A DNA stretch of 64,000 bases from Terriglobia bacterium. GTDB lineage: Bacteria > Acidobacteriota > Polarisedimenticolia > Polarisedimenticolales > JAIQFR01. Both the position numbers and the translations under genes were made by a program. The number at the start of each line of letters is the position of its first letter. The stretch's first letter is position 1. The notes below the pieces were generated by a model. That model saw only the letters and a program-made list of their open reading frames with translations, was not told the DNA's origin and did not search any database. This document shows, piece after piece, positions 28,966 to 39,000 of this stretch. Location of the stretch: contig CAVVHE010000005.1 of NCBI GenBank assembly GCA_963748015.1, forward strand, positions 320,001-384,000. Direction: 5' to 3'.

Positions 28966-29867
28966 GACACCCCCCGCGGCGCGCGGCCGCGGCGCTCCTT
29001 GCCGCGGCGCTCGCCGCCCTTTCCGCCCATGCGGGCGGAGCGCCGGCGCCCGACGCGGCCGCCGCACCCTCCGCCCCGCGCGAGCTCCTCGGGAAGATGG
29101 GGGACGCCGTCGCCCGCCTCCAGGACTACACCATGCTCCTGGTCAAGCAGGAGTACTTCCTCGACGACGGGAAGCTCGAGCCCGAGGAGCGCCTCCTGTT
29201 CAAGTGGGCGCGCCCGTACCGCGTCTACTTCAGGAACGTCCAGGGCGCGAACCCCGGCCGCGAGGTGATCTACGTCCGCGGCTCGAACAACGACAGGATC
29301 CGCGTGCACAAGGGCTCGTTCCCGGACGTCAACCTGAACCTCGACCCGCACGGCGCGTGGGCGACCGACGGCACCCACCACCCGATCGACGAGTCCAGCC
29401 TTCTCGACCTCGTGCGCCTCATCGTGGGGAGCGCGGCCGACGCCGAGAAGGCCGGCGAGGGGAGCGTCCGCCTCCTCGGCGCGCGCGAGGTGGACGGCCG
29501 CCCGTGCGACGAGCTCGAGCTGACGAGCCCGAGGACCGGCACCGTCCACGTCATGGACAAGGGGGAGACGCTCTGGGACGTCTCCCACGCCTCGGGCAAG
29601 TCGATGTACGCCATCCTCCAGGCCAACCGCGCCCGCGGCTGGACCGGCCCCGCCGACCCCAAGCGCGGCGCCGAGGTGTTCGTCCCCCGCTACTACGCCG
29701 GCCGCCTCGACGTCTGCATCGACCGCGAGCTGCTCCTCCCCCTTCGCGTGACGGTGTGGGACTTCGACGGCAACCTCTACGAGCGCTACGAGCACCGCGA
29801 CCTGAAGGTCAACGTCGGCCTCACCGACGCCGACTTCGATCCGAAGAACCCCGCGTACCGGTTCTGA
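28962..29867 (+). CDS. DUF1571/LolA-like secreted protein with an inserted LysM domain (paralogue 2)
   Basis: TTG start overlaps the previous TGA. Collinear with 27731-28609 (HVMDKGETLWDV; NVGLTDADFDPKNPAYRF). Confidence 0.72.
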   Translation: MRHPPRRAAAALLAAALAALSAHAGGAPAPDAAAAPSAPRELLGKMGDAVARLQDYTMLLVKQEYFLDDGKLEPEERLLFKWARPYRVYFRNVQGANPGREVIYVRGSNNDRIRVHKGSFPDVNLNLDPHGAWATDGTHHPIDESSLLDLVRLIVGSAADAEKAGEGSVRLLGAREVDGRPCDELELTSPRTGTVHVMDKGETLWDVSHASGKSMYAILQANRARGWTGPADPKRGAEVFVPRYYAGRLDVCIDRELLLPLRVTVWDFDGNLYERYEHRDLKVNVGLTDADFDPKNPAYRF

Positions 29868-29889
29868 GCTCGATCGCGACGGCCTCCTC

Positions 29890-30083
29890 GGCCGCTGCTC
29901 CGGCCCGCGACCGCCCGCGGCGACGATGCCCGAGGCGACGGGGACCCCTGCACGGCCGCACGAAGGGTCGAGCGCGATGGCGATAGGGTCTTCGCCATCG
30001 CGTTTGCTCGACCCTTCGTGCGGCCGATGCGGGTCGTCGCCGAGGGAGGTCGCCGTGGGCGGTCGCGGGCCGGAGCAGCGGCC
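29890..30083 (-). repeat. rod-like palindromic intergenic element, copy 3 (core 29917-30056)
   Basis: Core plus perfect 27-bp inverted arms GGCCGCTGCTCCGGCCCGCGACCGCCC / GGGCGGTCGCGGGCCGGAGCAGCGGCC. Confidence 0.92.
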
Positions 30084-30107
30084 TGCTCGCAAGACCTCGG
30101 GGCCGAG

Positions 30108-31091
30108 TCAGGCGTGGATCTCGACGACGTCCCCTTCCTCGAGGACGTGCTCGCGCTGGACGGTCTGGCCGCCGAAGACGTGCTTCCCCCAGATGCGGGC
30201 GAACTTCATGTGGGCGAGGATGTCCTTGTGGATCCGCTCGGCGAGGTCGCCGACGGTCGCGCCGCGCGGGAGGGCGAACGGCGCGTGCAGGTCGGGGGGC
30301 TTCCCGGGCTGCTTGGTGTACACGCGGACGAGCTCGAGGGCCTCGAACGTCTTGCGGCGGAGGTCCTCGAGCCCCTGCCCCGTCGCCGCCGAGACCGGCA
30401 CGACCGGCCACGGTTCCTCGAGCAGCTCGTCGAGCACCGCGACGCTCTCGACCGCGCCGGGCCGGTCGAGCCCCGTGACCACGAGCAGCGCCTTTCGGCA
30501 GCGCCAGCCGACCTCGGCCGCCTCGGGCGGAGGCTGGCCGGCGGGACGGACCTCGATCCGCCCTCGCCGGAGGAGCGCCCGCGCGGACTCCAGCTGGCCC
30601 AACGGGTCCCCGGCGGCGACGACGAGCCAGAAGAGGTCGGCCGCGCGGATCGTATCGAACAGCCACGGCTCGAGGTGCTCCTCGGAGAGCGGCGGCAGGT
30701 CCACCAGCTGGATCGCGACGTTCTCGAACGGCATCATCCCGGGGACGGGCTCGCGCGTCGTGAACGGGTAGTCCGCCACCTCGGGCCGCGCCTTGGTGAG
30801 CCGGGCGACGAGCGAGGACTTCCCGGTGTTCGCCGGCCCGACCAGCGCCACCTGCCCCGCTCCCTCCCGGTGCACCATGTAGCTGAACCCCTTCTTGCCG
30901 CCCTTCTTTCCCTCCTGCTTCCGGAGCTTCGCGATCCGCGACTTGATGTCCCCCTGCAGGCGGTCGGTGCCCTTGTGCTTGGGCATGATCGCCAGCATCT
31001 CCTCGAGGGCGGCGATCTTCTCCTCGGGGGTGCGCGCCTGGCGAAACCGCTGCTCGGCGGCGTGGTAGGCGGGCGTGAGGTTGGCGGGCAT
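30108..31091 (-). CDS. DRG/Rbg1-like OBG-family GTPase with a C-terminal TGS domain
   Basis: PKHKGTDRL N-terminus, GPANTGKS, YPFTT, DLPP, SAA. TGS: RVYTK...IHKD...ARIWG...HVLEEGDVVEI. Confidence 0.88.
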   Translation of the reverse strand: MPANLTPAYHAAEQRFRQARTPEEKIAALEEMLAIMPKHKGTDRLQGDIKSRIAKLRKQEGKKGGKKGFSYMVHREGAGQVALVGPANTGKSSLVARLTKARPEVADYPFTTREPVPGMMPFENVAIQLVDLPPLSEEHLEPWLFDTIRAADLFWLVVAAGDPLGQLESARALLRRGRIEVRPAGQPPPEAAEVGWRCRKALLVVTGLDRPGAVESVAVLDELLEEPWPVVPVSAATGQGLEDLRRKTFEALELVRVYTKQPGKPPDLHAPFALPRGATVGDLAERIHKDILAHMKFARIWGKHVFGGQTVQREHVLEEGDVVEIHA

Positions 31092-31102
31092 CTCTCACCG
31101 CG

Positions 31103-32620
31103 TCAGAGCGGCTGGTGCTCGGGCCGCAGGAAATCGAAGACCGACTTGACCGGCGTGAACGTCTCGGGCGGCACCTCGACGAACACGGTGTTCCACCGGG
31201 CCATCGCGCCGTTCCAGAGGCCGGGGCGCTCGAGCGCCTTGATCTCGCGCCCCGCCTGGAACTTCCTCGCGATGATCGCCGCGTCGGGATTCACGAACTC
31301 GCGGAGATCGAACGGGCGGCGGTGGGCGTCGCGCACGCCGCAGACCAGGTCCACGGGGTTGAAGTGCGTCGAGGCCTCGAGAATCGCCCGCTGCGAAGCG
31401 GACGATCGGTCGATCTCGGCGCCCTCGACGATCTGGAGGCTCGCACCGCCGTGGTCGTCGCGGACCCAGAACGGACCGCCGCCGGGCTCCCCGGTGTTGC
31501 GCACGACCCCGCAGATCCGGATCGGCCGCGAGAGCGCGGAGAGGAGCCTGCGCCGCCTCGCCTCGTCCCCGGCGAGGGCGGGAAGCTCGAGGTGCAGGCT
31601 CGTCCGCGCGAATCCTTCCGCCTCCCGGACGAGCGCCGGGCCCGCCCCCGATTCGAGCTCCAGCACGAGCGCCCGGGCGCACTCCTCGATCTCGACGAGC
31701 TTGCCGACGAGGGCCCGCTTGTGGAGGAGCGTCGCCTCCCGCAGCCTGTCGGGCTGGATGTTGTCGATGTTCTTGATCAGGACCACGTCGCCGCCGAGGT
31801 CGTTCAGGTTCTCGATGAGCGCCCCGTGACCCGACGGGCGCAGGAGCAGCCGTCCGTCCCCGTTCCGCTGCGGCTCGCCATCGGGCCCGAGCGAGAGCGT
31901 GTCGGTCGCCGCCTTCTGGACGGAGAACGAGACCTCGAAGCGGACCCCGAGCCTCCGCTCGTGGCGCGGCCGCGTCGTCGCGAGCCCCTCGCGGAAACGG
32001 TCGAGGTGCTCGGGCGAGACGGTGAGGTGGAGGCGGCAGGACCCGTCGGCCGACCGCACCGTCCCCGCCGCCTCGACGAGATGCTCCTCGAGCGCCGTGC
32101 GGCTCCCTTCGGGATAGGCGTGGAACGGCAGGAGCCCCTTGGGCATCGAGGCGAACGCGAGCCCCTCGGCGCCGAGCAGCGCGGCGAGGACCTCGAGAAA
32201 CGCGCCCCCCGCCACCAGCTCGTCGAGGTCCTGCCCCGATCGCGCGAGCGCATCCCGGAGCGCGTCGCGGAAGGGAAGCCGCGCCATCTCGCGGAGCAGG
32301 TCGAGCGCCACGGCCGGATCGCCGCCGCGCTCGGCGTGGAGCAGCGCGAGCAGGTCCTGGAACATCCTCGTCGCGGCACCCGAAGCCGGGACGAACTTGG
32401 TCAGTCTCCCGGCCCGCGCCGCGGCATCGTGCCGGGCGAGGAGGCCGGGGAGCTCCTGCGGCGCGATCGTCTCGATGCCGTCCCGGAGCACGCAAGGCCG
32501 GTCGAGGCGGACGTAGGACGGCTCCCGGCGGAGGAGTGCGAGCTGCCTCTCGGCCTCGGCCGCCGGGATGCCCCGCTCGCGAAGCTGCGCGAGATCGCTC
32601 TCGCCGAACGGCCCGCCCAT
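31103..32620 (-). CDS. DUF4301 family protein (nucleotide-diphospho-sugar transferase-like)
   Basis: KFVPASGAATRMF, PKGLLPFH, RPSGHGALIENLN, IKNIDN, GEPGGGPFW, THFNPVDLVC and LWNGAMA. Confidence 0.88.
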   Translation of the reverse strand: MGGPFGESDLAQLRERGIPAAEAERQLALLRREPSYVRLDRPCVLRDGIETIAPQELPGLLARHDAAARAGRLTKFVPASGAATRMFQDLLALLHAERGGDPAVALDLLREMARLPFRDALRDALARSGQDLDELVAGGAFLEVLAALLGAEGLAFASMPKGLLPFHAYPEGSRTALEEHLVEAAGTVRSADGSCRLHLTVSPEHLDRFREGLATTRPRHERRLGVRFEVSFSVQKAATDTLSLGPDGEPQRNGDGRLLLRPSGHGALIENLNDLGGDVVLIKNIDNIQPDRLREATLLHKRALVGKLVEIEECARALVLELESGAGPALVREAEGFARTSLHLELPALAGDEARRRRLLSALSRPIRICGVVRNTGEPGGGPFWVRDDHGGASLQIVEGAEIDRSSASQRAILEASTHFNPVDLVCGVRDAHRRPFDLREFVNPDAAIIARKFQAGREIKALERPGLWNGAMARWNTVFVEVPPETFTPVKSVFDFLRPEHQPL

Positions 32621-32637
32621 CACCGCATCTCCCGATC

Positions 32638-33555
32638 CTATCGCTTCTTCTCCGCCAGATCGGCGCGCGCCAGGAAGTCGTCCAGGATCCGGTTGAACTC
32701 CTCCGGATGGTCGAGCATCGGCCAGTGGCCAACGCCCCTCATGACCTGCCAGGGAAGCTCGGGAACGACACCGCGAAGGCTGTACGGCCCGCCGTTCGCC
32801 TCGCTCGCCACGGAGAGCTTCGGACCGGGGTAGCTGCGGAGCGCGGTGACCGGACTGTACGAGAGGCCTCCCCGGAACGTCTCCACGACGACGTCGCGCC
32901 GCGTGAGACGCATCACCCGCAGGACGTGGCCCTTCACCTCCGGGCTCGAGCCCGCCATCATCCCCGTGAAGTACTTCCTCATGAATCGCGGGTACGTCTC
33001 GGGACGCATCTGCCGCAGCATCGCCTCGGCCTCGCCCCTCGGCACCTTGGTGTTGTCCCCCGAGGGGTCCGCCAGGACGAGGCCGGCCACGCGGTCGGGC
33101 CGCGCCGCGGCGTAACCGCCGGCCACCGCCCCGCCGAGGCTGTGTCCCACCAGCACGAACCTCCGCAAGCCCAGGCCGTCGGCGACGGCGTGGAGATCGG
33201 CGACGTACGACGGGATCGTGTGGCCGCCGCCGGGCGCGTCCGCGGACTCGCCGTGGCCGTGGAGGTCCACCGCGATCGCCCGGCGCGTCTTGCGGAAGTG
33301 CTCGAGCTGGAGCCGCCAGAGCGTACGGTCCCCGGCGAGGCCGTGCACGAACACCACCGGCAGCGCGCTTCCCTGCCCGCCGTCGTCCACGCGCAGCCGG
33401 CCCGCGGGCCCGTCCACCCGCTCCACCGGCTTCGGCGGCGCGGGCGCCCGGCTCGCTCTCGATCCGTCCTTCTCGGGCACGGTCTTCACGTCCCCACCGC
33501 ATCCCGGCGCGAGCGCCAGGGCGGCCGCCAGCCCGGCCGCCGCGAGCCCGCGCAT
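32638..33555 (-). CDS. alpha/beta hydrolase, probable lipoprotein
   Basis: LAPGC, VFVHGL, DLHGHG, GHSLGG and GHWPMLD. Confidence 0.85.
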   Translation of the reverse strand: MRGLAAAGLAAALALAPGCGGDVKTVPEKDGSRASRAPAPPKPVERVDGPAGRLRVDDGGQGSALPVVFVHGLAGDRTLWRLQLEHFRKTRRAIAVDLHGHGESADAPGGGHTIPSYVADLHAVADGLGLRRFVLVGHSLGGAVAGGYAAARPDRVAGLVLADPSGDNTKVPRGEAEAMLRQMRPETYPRFMRKYFTGMMAGSSPEVKGHVLRVMRLTRRDVVVETFRGGLSYSPVTALRSYPGPKLSVASEANGGPYSLRGVVPELPWQVMRGVGHWPMLDHPEEFNRILDDFLARADLAEKKR

Positions 33556-34820
33556 CAGTGCCTCGCGAAGAGCAGGAAGGCGGCGATCCCCGCCGCCATC
33601 ATGGCGACGAGCGGCGGCGCGACGACGAACAGCAGCTTCCGTCCTCCCGCCCAGCCCGCGAGCGAGAGCTTCACCACCATGTTCGCGAGGAAGCCCACCA
33701 GGATCGCGAGAACGGCGCCGCGCGCCGTGATCGCCCCGCCCGCGGCCAGCGTCGAGACCGCGAGCGTCACCGCGTGAACGTCCGCGGCGCCGCCGATCGT
33801 CGCGCTGGCGAGGACCCCCGCGGCCCCGAAGTACCGCGTCGCGGCGGAGGTCGCCACGAGCATGACGCCGATCACGGCGGCGAATCCCGCGGACGACTTG
33901 ATTGCCACGGGATTGTCGACCAGGAGCGCCGAGGGCGCCGCGCCGTGCGTTTGGGACCGGGCGAGATACCAGCGGGGCAGGAACGCCGCGATCGTGCCCA
34001 CCGCCACCGGCCAGCCGACCACGGGCAGCACCGCGGGAACCAAGTCCGGGTTCGCGACCGCGACCACGAGGACCTGCGCGGCCGCGGACGCGACGTTCGC
34101 GAGGACGATGCCGGTCGCGATGGGGAGCGAGAATCCCTCGGCCTCCCGGTTCTTCTGCGCGAGCGACAGCGTCGTCGCGGTGGACGACACGAATCCCCCG
34201 AACAGGCCCGACACCGCGAGCCCGCGCTCGGGGCCGAGAGACTTCACCGCGAAGTAGCCGCCGAAGCCGATCCCCGTGATCAGCGCGAAGATCAGCCAGA
34301 GGCGGAACGGGTTGAACAGGCCCCAGGGGTCCACCGCGCGATTCGGCAGGAGGGGCAGCACGACGAACGCGATCACGAGGAACGTGAGGGCCGCCGAGAC
34401 CTCCTTCCCGGAGAGCCCCGCCTGCGCGAAGTGATGGATGCGCGGCTTGAGCGCAAGCACGACCAGCGTGATGACCGCCAGCATGACGGTCAGCTCCGGC
34501 TGGAAGCGGGCGAGGTAGCCGAAGGTGAAGGTCACCATCGCGGCGACCTCGGTCGTGGCTCCCACGCCCGAGCCCTGCGGTCCGAGCGGCGAGCGCAGGT
34601 AGCCGGCCAGGATGATCGCTCCCGCGAAAGCGGCGAGGGCGATCGCGAACGGCTGGCTCTCGACGTAGGCCGCCACCGCCCCGAGCAGCGCCAGGAGCGT
34701 GAACGTCCTGGAGCCGAACGGGTCACGGATCTGCCGGTCCGCGTGCGCTCTCTCCCGCTCGATCCCGATCAGGAGACCGATCGCGATCGCGAGGAGAAAC
34801 GGCCGCGCCGTCTCGAACAT
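33555..34820 (-). CDS. MgtC/SapB-DUF4010 membrane protein
   Basis: GLLIGIERE, RTFTL, GATTEVA, LPLLPN, GGFVSSTATT and ADVHA. Many TM helices. Confidence 0.88.
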   Translation of the reverse strand: MFETARPFLLAIAIGLLIGIERERAHADRQIRDPFGSRTFTLLALLGAVAAYVESQPFAIALAAFAGAIILAGYLRSPLGPQGSGVGATTEVAAMVTFTFGYLARFQPELTVMLAVITLVVLALKPRIHHFAQAGLSGKEVSAALTFLVIAFVVLPLLPNRAVDPWGLFNPFRLWLIFALITGIGFGGYFAVKSLGPERGLAVSGLFGGFVSSTATTLSLAQKNREAEGFSLPIATGIVLANVASAAAQVLVVAVANPDLVPAVLPVVGWPVAVGTIAAFLPRWYLARSQTHGAAPSALLVDNPVAIKSSAGFAAVIGVMLVATSAATRYFGAAGVLASATIGGAADVHAVTLAVSTLAAGGAITARGAVLAILVGFLANMVVKLSLAGWAGGRKLLFVVAPPLVAMMAAGIAAFLLFARH

Positions 34821-34916
34821 CCGTTCGGCCCTCCGCCTGGCTCAATTTCGTCTCGAAAGGGGCGGTAGGTCAAGGGGATATTGGCATAGGGCCCCCGACA
34901 GGCGTATGCTGGGGCC

Positions 34917-35135
34917 ATGGACACGCACCTCAGAAGAGCGAGGATCTGCCTGAGCTCCGAAGTCCACAGGGCCCTGCGACTGAAGGCGGCCGCGACCGAC
35001 CGCACGATATCCGAGCTCGTGGCCGACGCGGTCCGCGGTAGCTTGAAGGAAGACGCCGTCGTCTTCACCGCCGGCGGGCCGCGCGGGAGTCACCGGCAGG
35101 CCACGAAGGACCGGAAGCGCGAGGGGCACGCGTAG
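34917..35135 (+). CDS. CopG/ribbon-helix-helix small protein (orphan antitoxin-like)
   Basis: RARICLSSEVHRALRLKAAATDRTISELVADAV RHH pattern. TTGGCA-18-TATGCT promoter ends 6 nt before the ATG. Confidence 0.6.
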   Translation: MDTHLRRARICLSSEVHRALRLKAAATDRTISELVADAVRGSLKEDAVVFTAGGPRGSHRQATKDRKREGHA

Positions 35136-35173
35136 GGCCTCGAGCGGCGGATCCGGGGGTACGAGGGAAGCCG

Positions 35174-35956
35174 GTGGCGACGCTCCCGAGCGTGTTCGTT
35201 TCTCACGGAGCACCTACACTCCTTCTGGACGACACCCCGACGAGAACGTTCATCGAGGGACTCGGTGCGACGGTCGGGCGCCCGCGCGGGATCGTCTGCG
35301 TCTCGGCGCACTGGGAAGCTTCGCGTCCCACGGTCTCGGCATCGCCCGCCCCCGGGACGATCCACGACTTCTTCGGTTTCCCGCCGGTCCTCTACACGAA
35401 GCGCTACCCCGCGGCCGGCGATCCCGCGCTCGCGCGGCGCGTCGCGTCGCTGCTCGGGGCCGCCGGGCTCGACGCCGCGGAGGACCCGTCTCGCGGTCTC
35501 GACCACGGCGCGTGGGTGCCGCTGATGCTGATGTACCCCGGCGCCGGCGTGCCCGTGGTCCAGCTCTCGGTCCAGCCGGCCCTGGGCGCCGGGCACCACC
35601 TCGGGCTGGGCGAGGCGCTCGCCCCGCTGAGAAAGGACGGCGTGCTCGTCCTCGGGAGCGGAGGCGCCACCCACAACCTCCGCGACTTCGGCCGCCACGC
35701 GATCGACGCGCCGCCCGTGGAATACGCGCGCGAGTTCGACGACTGGCTCGGCGACGCGGTCGCGCGGGGCGACGAGGCCGCGCTCGCCGGTTACGCGGAC
35801 GGCGCACCGCACGGCCGCCGGAATCACCCGACCCCGGAGCACTTCCTGCCTCTCCTCGTTTCCGCCGGGGCCGCGGGACGCGGCGCTCCCGGCCGCCGGA
35901 TCCACGCGGCGTTCGAGTACGGCGTGCTCTCCATGGCCGCGTTCGCCTGGGAATGA
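35174..35956 (+). CDS. LigB/DODA-type (class III) extradiol ring-cleavage dioxygenase
   Basis: FVSHGAP, SAHWE, IHDFFGFP, GLDHGAWVPL, GSGGATHNL and HPTPEHFLPL. Confidence 0.92.
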   Translation: MATLPSVFVSHGAPTLLLDDTPTRTFIEGLGATVGRPRGIVCVSAHWEASRPTVSASPAPGTIHDFFGFPPVLYTKRYPAAGDPALARRVASLLGAAGLDAAEDPSRGLDHGAWVPLMLMYPGAGVPVVQLSVQPALGAGHHLGLGEALAPLRKDGVLVLGSGGATHNLRDFGRHAIDAPPVEYAREFDDWLGDAVARGDEAALAGYADGAPHGRRNHPTPEHFLPLLVSAGAAGRGAPGRRIHAAFEYGVLSMAAFAWE

Positions 35957-36020
35957 ACGAAGGCCACGCGTCGGACGCTCGGCGTACTAGAATCCCGAAC
36001 ATGTGCCGGAAACCCGGGCG

Positions 36021-39000
36021 ATGAAGGTCCTCGCTCACCCCGATCCGTTCGTCCTCGAGGCGGCGCTGCTCGACCGCGTCGAGGAGGCGAAGCGGAGCGA
36101 GCCGCTGGCGCGCGTCCTGGTCGTCGTGCCGACGGCTCGTCTCGCGGCGCACGCGACGCGGAAGATCGCCGAGCGGACGGGCGCGTGCTTGGGCGTCGCG
36201 GTGCTCCACCACCGCGCGCTCGCGTACTCGATCCTCGAGGGGAGCGGAAGGCCCGCGCCCCGCGTGGCGTCGAGGCCTCTGCTGCTCGCGCTCCTGCAGC
36301 AGGTGCTCGCGGGCCTGCCCGACAACGAGCTCGCCCGGTTCGTGCGCGAAAGGCCGGGGGCCGCCGGCTCGCTCCTCGGCACGCTTCGCGACCTGCGCGA
36401 CGCCGGGATCTCGCCACGCGACCTCGCCCGCGCGGCGCAGGGGAAGCGAGAGAAGGCGCTCGCCCAGGTGTACGACGGGTACACCGCGGCTCTCGCCGCG
36501 CGGCGCGACGCCGGCCTCGCGGACGACGCGGAGATCGTCCGCGGCGCGGCCGCCGTCGCGCAGGAGTTCGCGCGCCCCTACCGTCTCCTCCTGCATCACG
36601 GAGCGTACGAGCTGATCGGGGTCCACCTCGACCTCGTCCGGGCCCTCGACCGCGGGCGCGAGGTCGTCTTCCTCACCCCGGTCGAGCCGGGCGCGGCGGT
36701 CTCCTCGTACGCGCAGCGCTTCGCGGAGCGCCATCTCATCGCTCCCGGCGAGACGATCGAGAGGCTCGCCGACCGCCGGGGCGGGCTCCTCGGGGAGCGC
36801 CTCGCGCTGCTCTACGACGAGGCGAGCGAGCCCGGCCCTCTCCGGGGCGATGCCGTGCGCTTCCGCCACGCGCAGGGCGCGGTCGCGGAGGTCGAGACCG
36901 CGGTGCGGCACGCGCTCGCGGCCGCCAAGGGCGGCGCCGCCCCTTCCTCGGTCGCAATCGTCGCGCGCAGCCTCGAGCCCTACGCGGCGGCGATCGAGGA
37001 GGCCATGGACGGCGCGGCGCTCCCCCACACCTCGTCCCACTCGGTGCCGCTGCGGCGCGAGCCGGTCGTCCGCGACCTGCTGGTGCTCCTTCGCTCCGTG
37101 GCGGACGGCTTCCCGCGCGCCCGCACCGCGGAGATCCTCGCGTCGCCGCGCGTGCGGTGGGAGGCGCTCGGCCTCGACGTCCCCCCGGAAGGGGACGTCG
37201 CGGAGGCCTGGAGCCGGAACGCCGGGATCGTGGGAGGGGTGGAGGAGTGGAGGTTCGGGCTGGCGGACTGGGCGGGCCGGCCGAGAGCCCACGAGGACGC
37301 TACCGACGAGGAGCGGGCCGAGGAGGAGGGGCGAGCGAGCGAGCGCTCCCGCCGCGCGCGCCGGATCGGCGACGCCGTCGCCGCGCTCGACGTCCGTTGC
37401 CGTCCGGAGCTTCCCCGGTCCTGGACCCGGCACGCGGACGACGTCGAGTCGCTCGCCCGCGACGGTCTCCGCCCCGCGAAGGAGGGCCGCTCGAAGGGCC
37501 CCCTCGACGCGCTGCTCGGCCTCCTGGCCGACATGCGCGCGCTCGAGACCGTGCTCGGCGACCGACGGTCCGTGCCTTTCGCCGAGATGGTCGCCTGGCT
37601 CGAGACCGCGGCCGACGACGCGTCGCTCCAGCCGCGCCGGAGCGACGACGGGGGCTTCCGGGTCCTCGACGCGATGCAGGCCCGAGGCCTCACCTTCGAA
37701 CGCGTCCTCCTCCTCGGCATGAACTCCGGGGTCTTCCCGCGGGTCGCACGCGAGGACCCTTTCCTGCCGGACGACACGCGCGCCCGCCTTCGCGACGCGA
37801 CCTCCCGGCCGGTCCCCGTCAAGCGCGAGGGCCAGGAGGAGGAGCGGCTGCTGCTCTCGCTCGTCCTCGGCGCGGCGCGCGTCGCGCTCGACGTCTCGTG
37901 GCAGCGGACCGACGAGGGGGGGCGCGCGCGCACCGCGTCGATCGCCCTTCGCGAGGCGCGGCGCGTGGCGCTCGGCAAGGCCGGCCTCGAGGTGGAAGAG
38001 AAGAACGGGGAAAAGCGGGATGCCGCCACCCCGGTGCCCGCCCACCCGATGCTCCGCATCGAGGCCGCCGCGAGCGATCCCGGCCTGATCTCGCCCGCGG
38101 AGGAGACGCTGCTCGTCGCGCTGCGGGGCCACGTCTCGGAAGAGGCCGCGCGCGCCCTCGACGCCAGCGCGGGAGGCCGTCTCGCCCGCGGGCTCCGGAT
38201 GCTGCTGTCGACCGAGTCGTTCGACCCGGCGGAGACCTCTTTCGACGCCCGCGTCGGCGGCGCTCGCGTCCCGCTGGAACGGATGACGGTGACCGCCTTC
38301 GAGCGGCTCGGCCGCTGCCCGCTCCAGTTCTTCTTCCGGCACGTCCTGAAGGTCTACGAGCTGGAGGAGCCGGCCTCGGCGTTCGAGCTCGCGGCGTGGG
38401 ACGTCGGCGAGCGCACGCACGGACTGCTCGAGACGCTCTACGAGCGGCTCCGGGACGAAGGCCTGTTCGCGTCCGACCGCTCGCCGGACCTCGCGCGCCG
38501 CGCGAGCGAGCTGCTCCCCGAGGAATGGGAGCGGGCGCTCGGGCCGTCCGCCGCCCGGCTCGAGGAGCAACTTCCGGTTCTCTGGTCGGTCGAGAGGGCC
38601 CGGTGGGTCGAGGCGCTGCGAGCGTTCGTCCGCGAAGACCTCGGACGACTCGCGGGGGGCGGTTACGCGCCGCGCGACCTCGAGAAGACGCTCCGCAAGA
38701 CCCTCTCCTTCGGCAAGGGCTCGGAGGCGGTGGAGATCGAAGGACGTCTCGACCGGACCTGCGAGGGAGCGGAGGGCGTCCTGGTGGGCGACTACAAGAC
38801 CGCGGGCAGCCTCGAGGACCGCCTCGACGAGACGCGGATGCTCCGCGGCCAGCACCTCCAGGTCCCGCTCTATTTCCTCATAGCGGACGGGGCCTCGGTG
38901 GAGCTCCTCGGGGTCGGCCCCGAGTACGCGCCGCAATCGGGGGCGCGAGCGGGCGAGCGCCACGTCGTGTTCGACGGGTTCTCGAGCGACAGGATCCACG

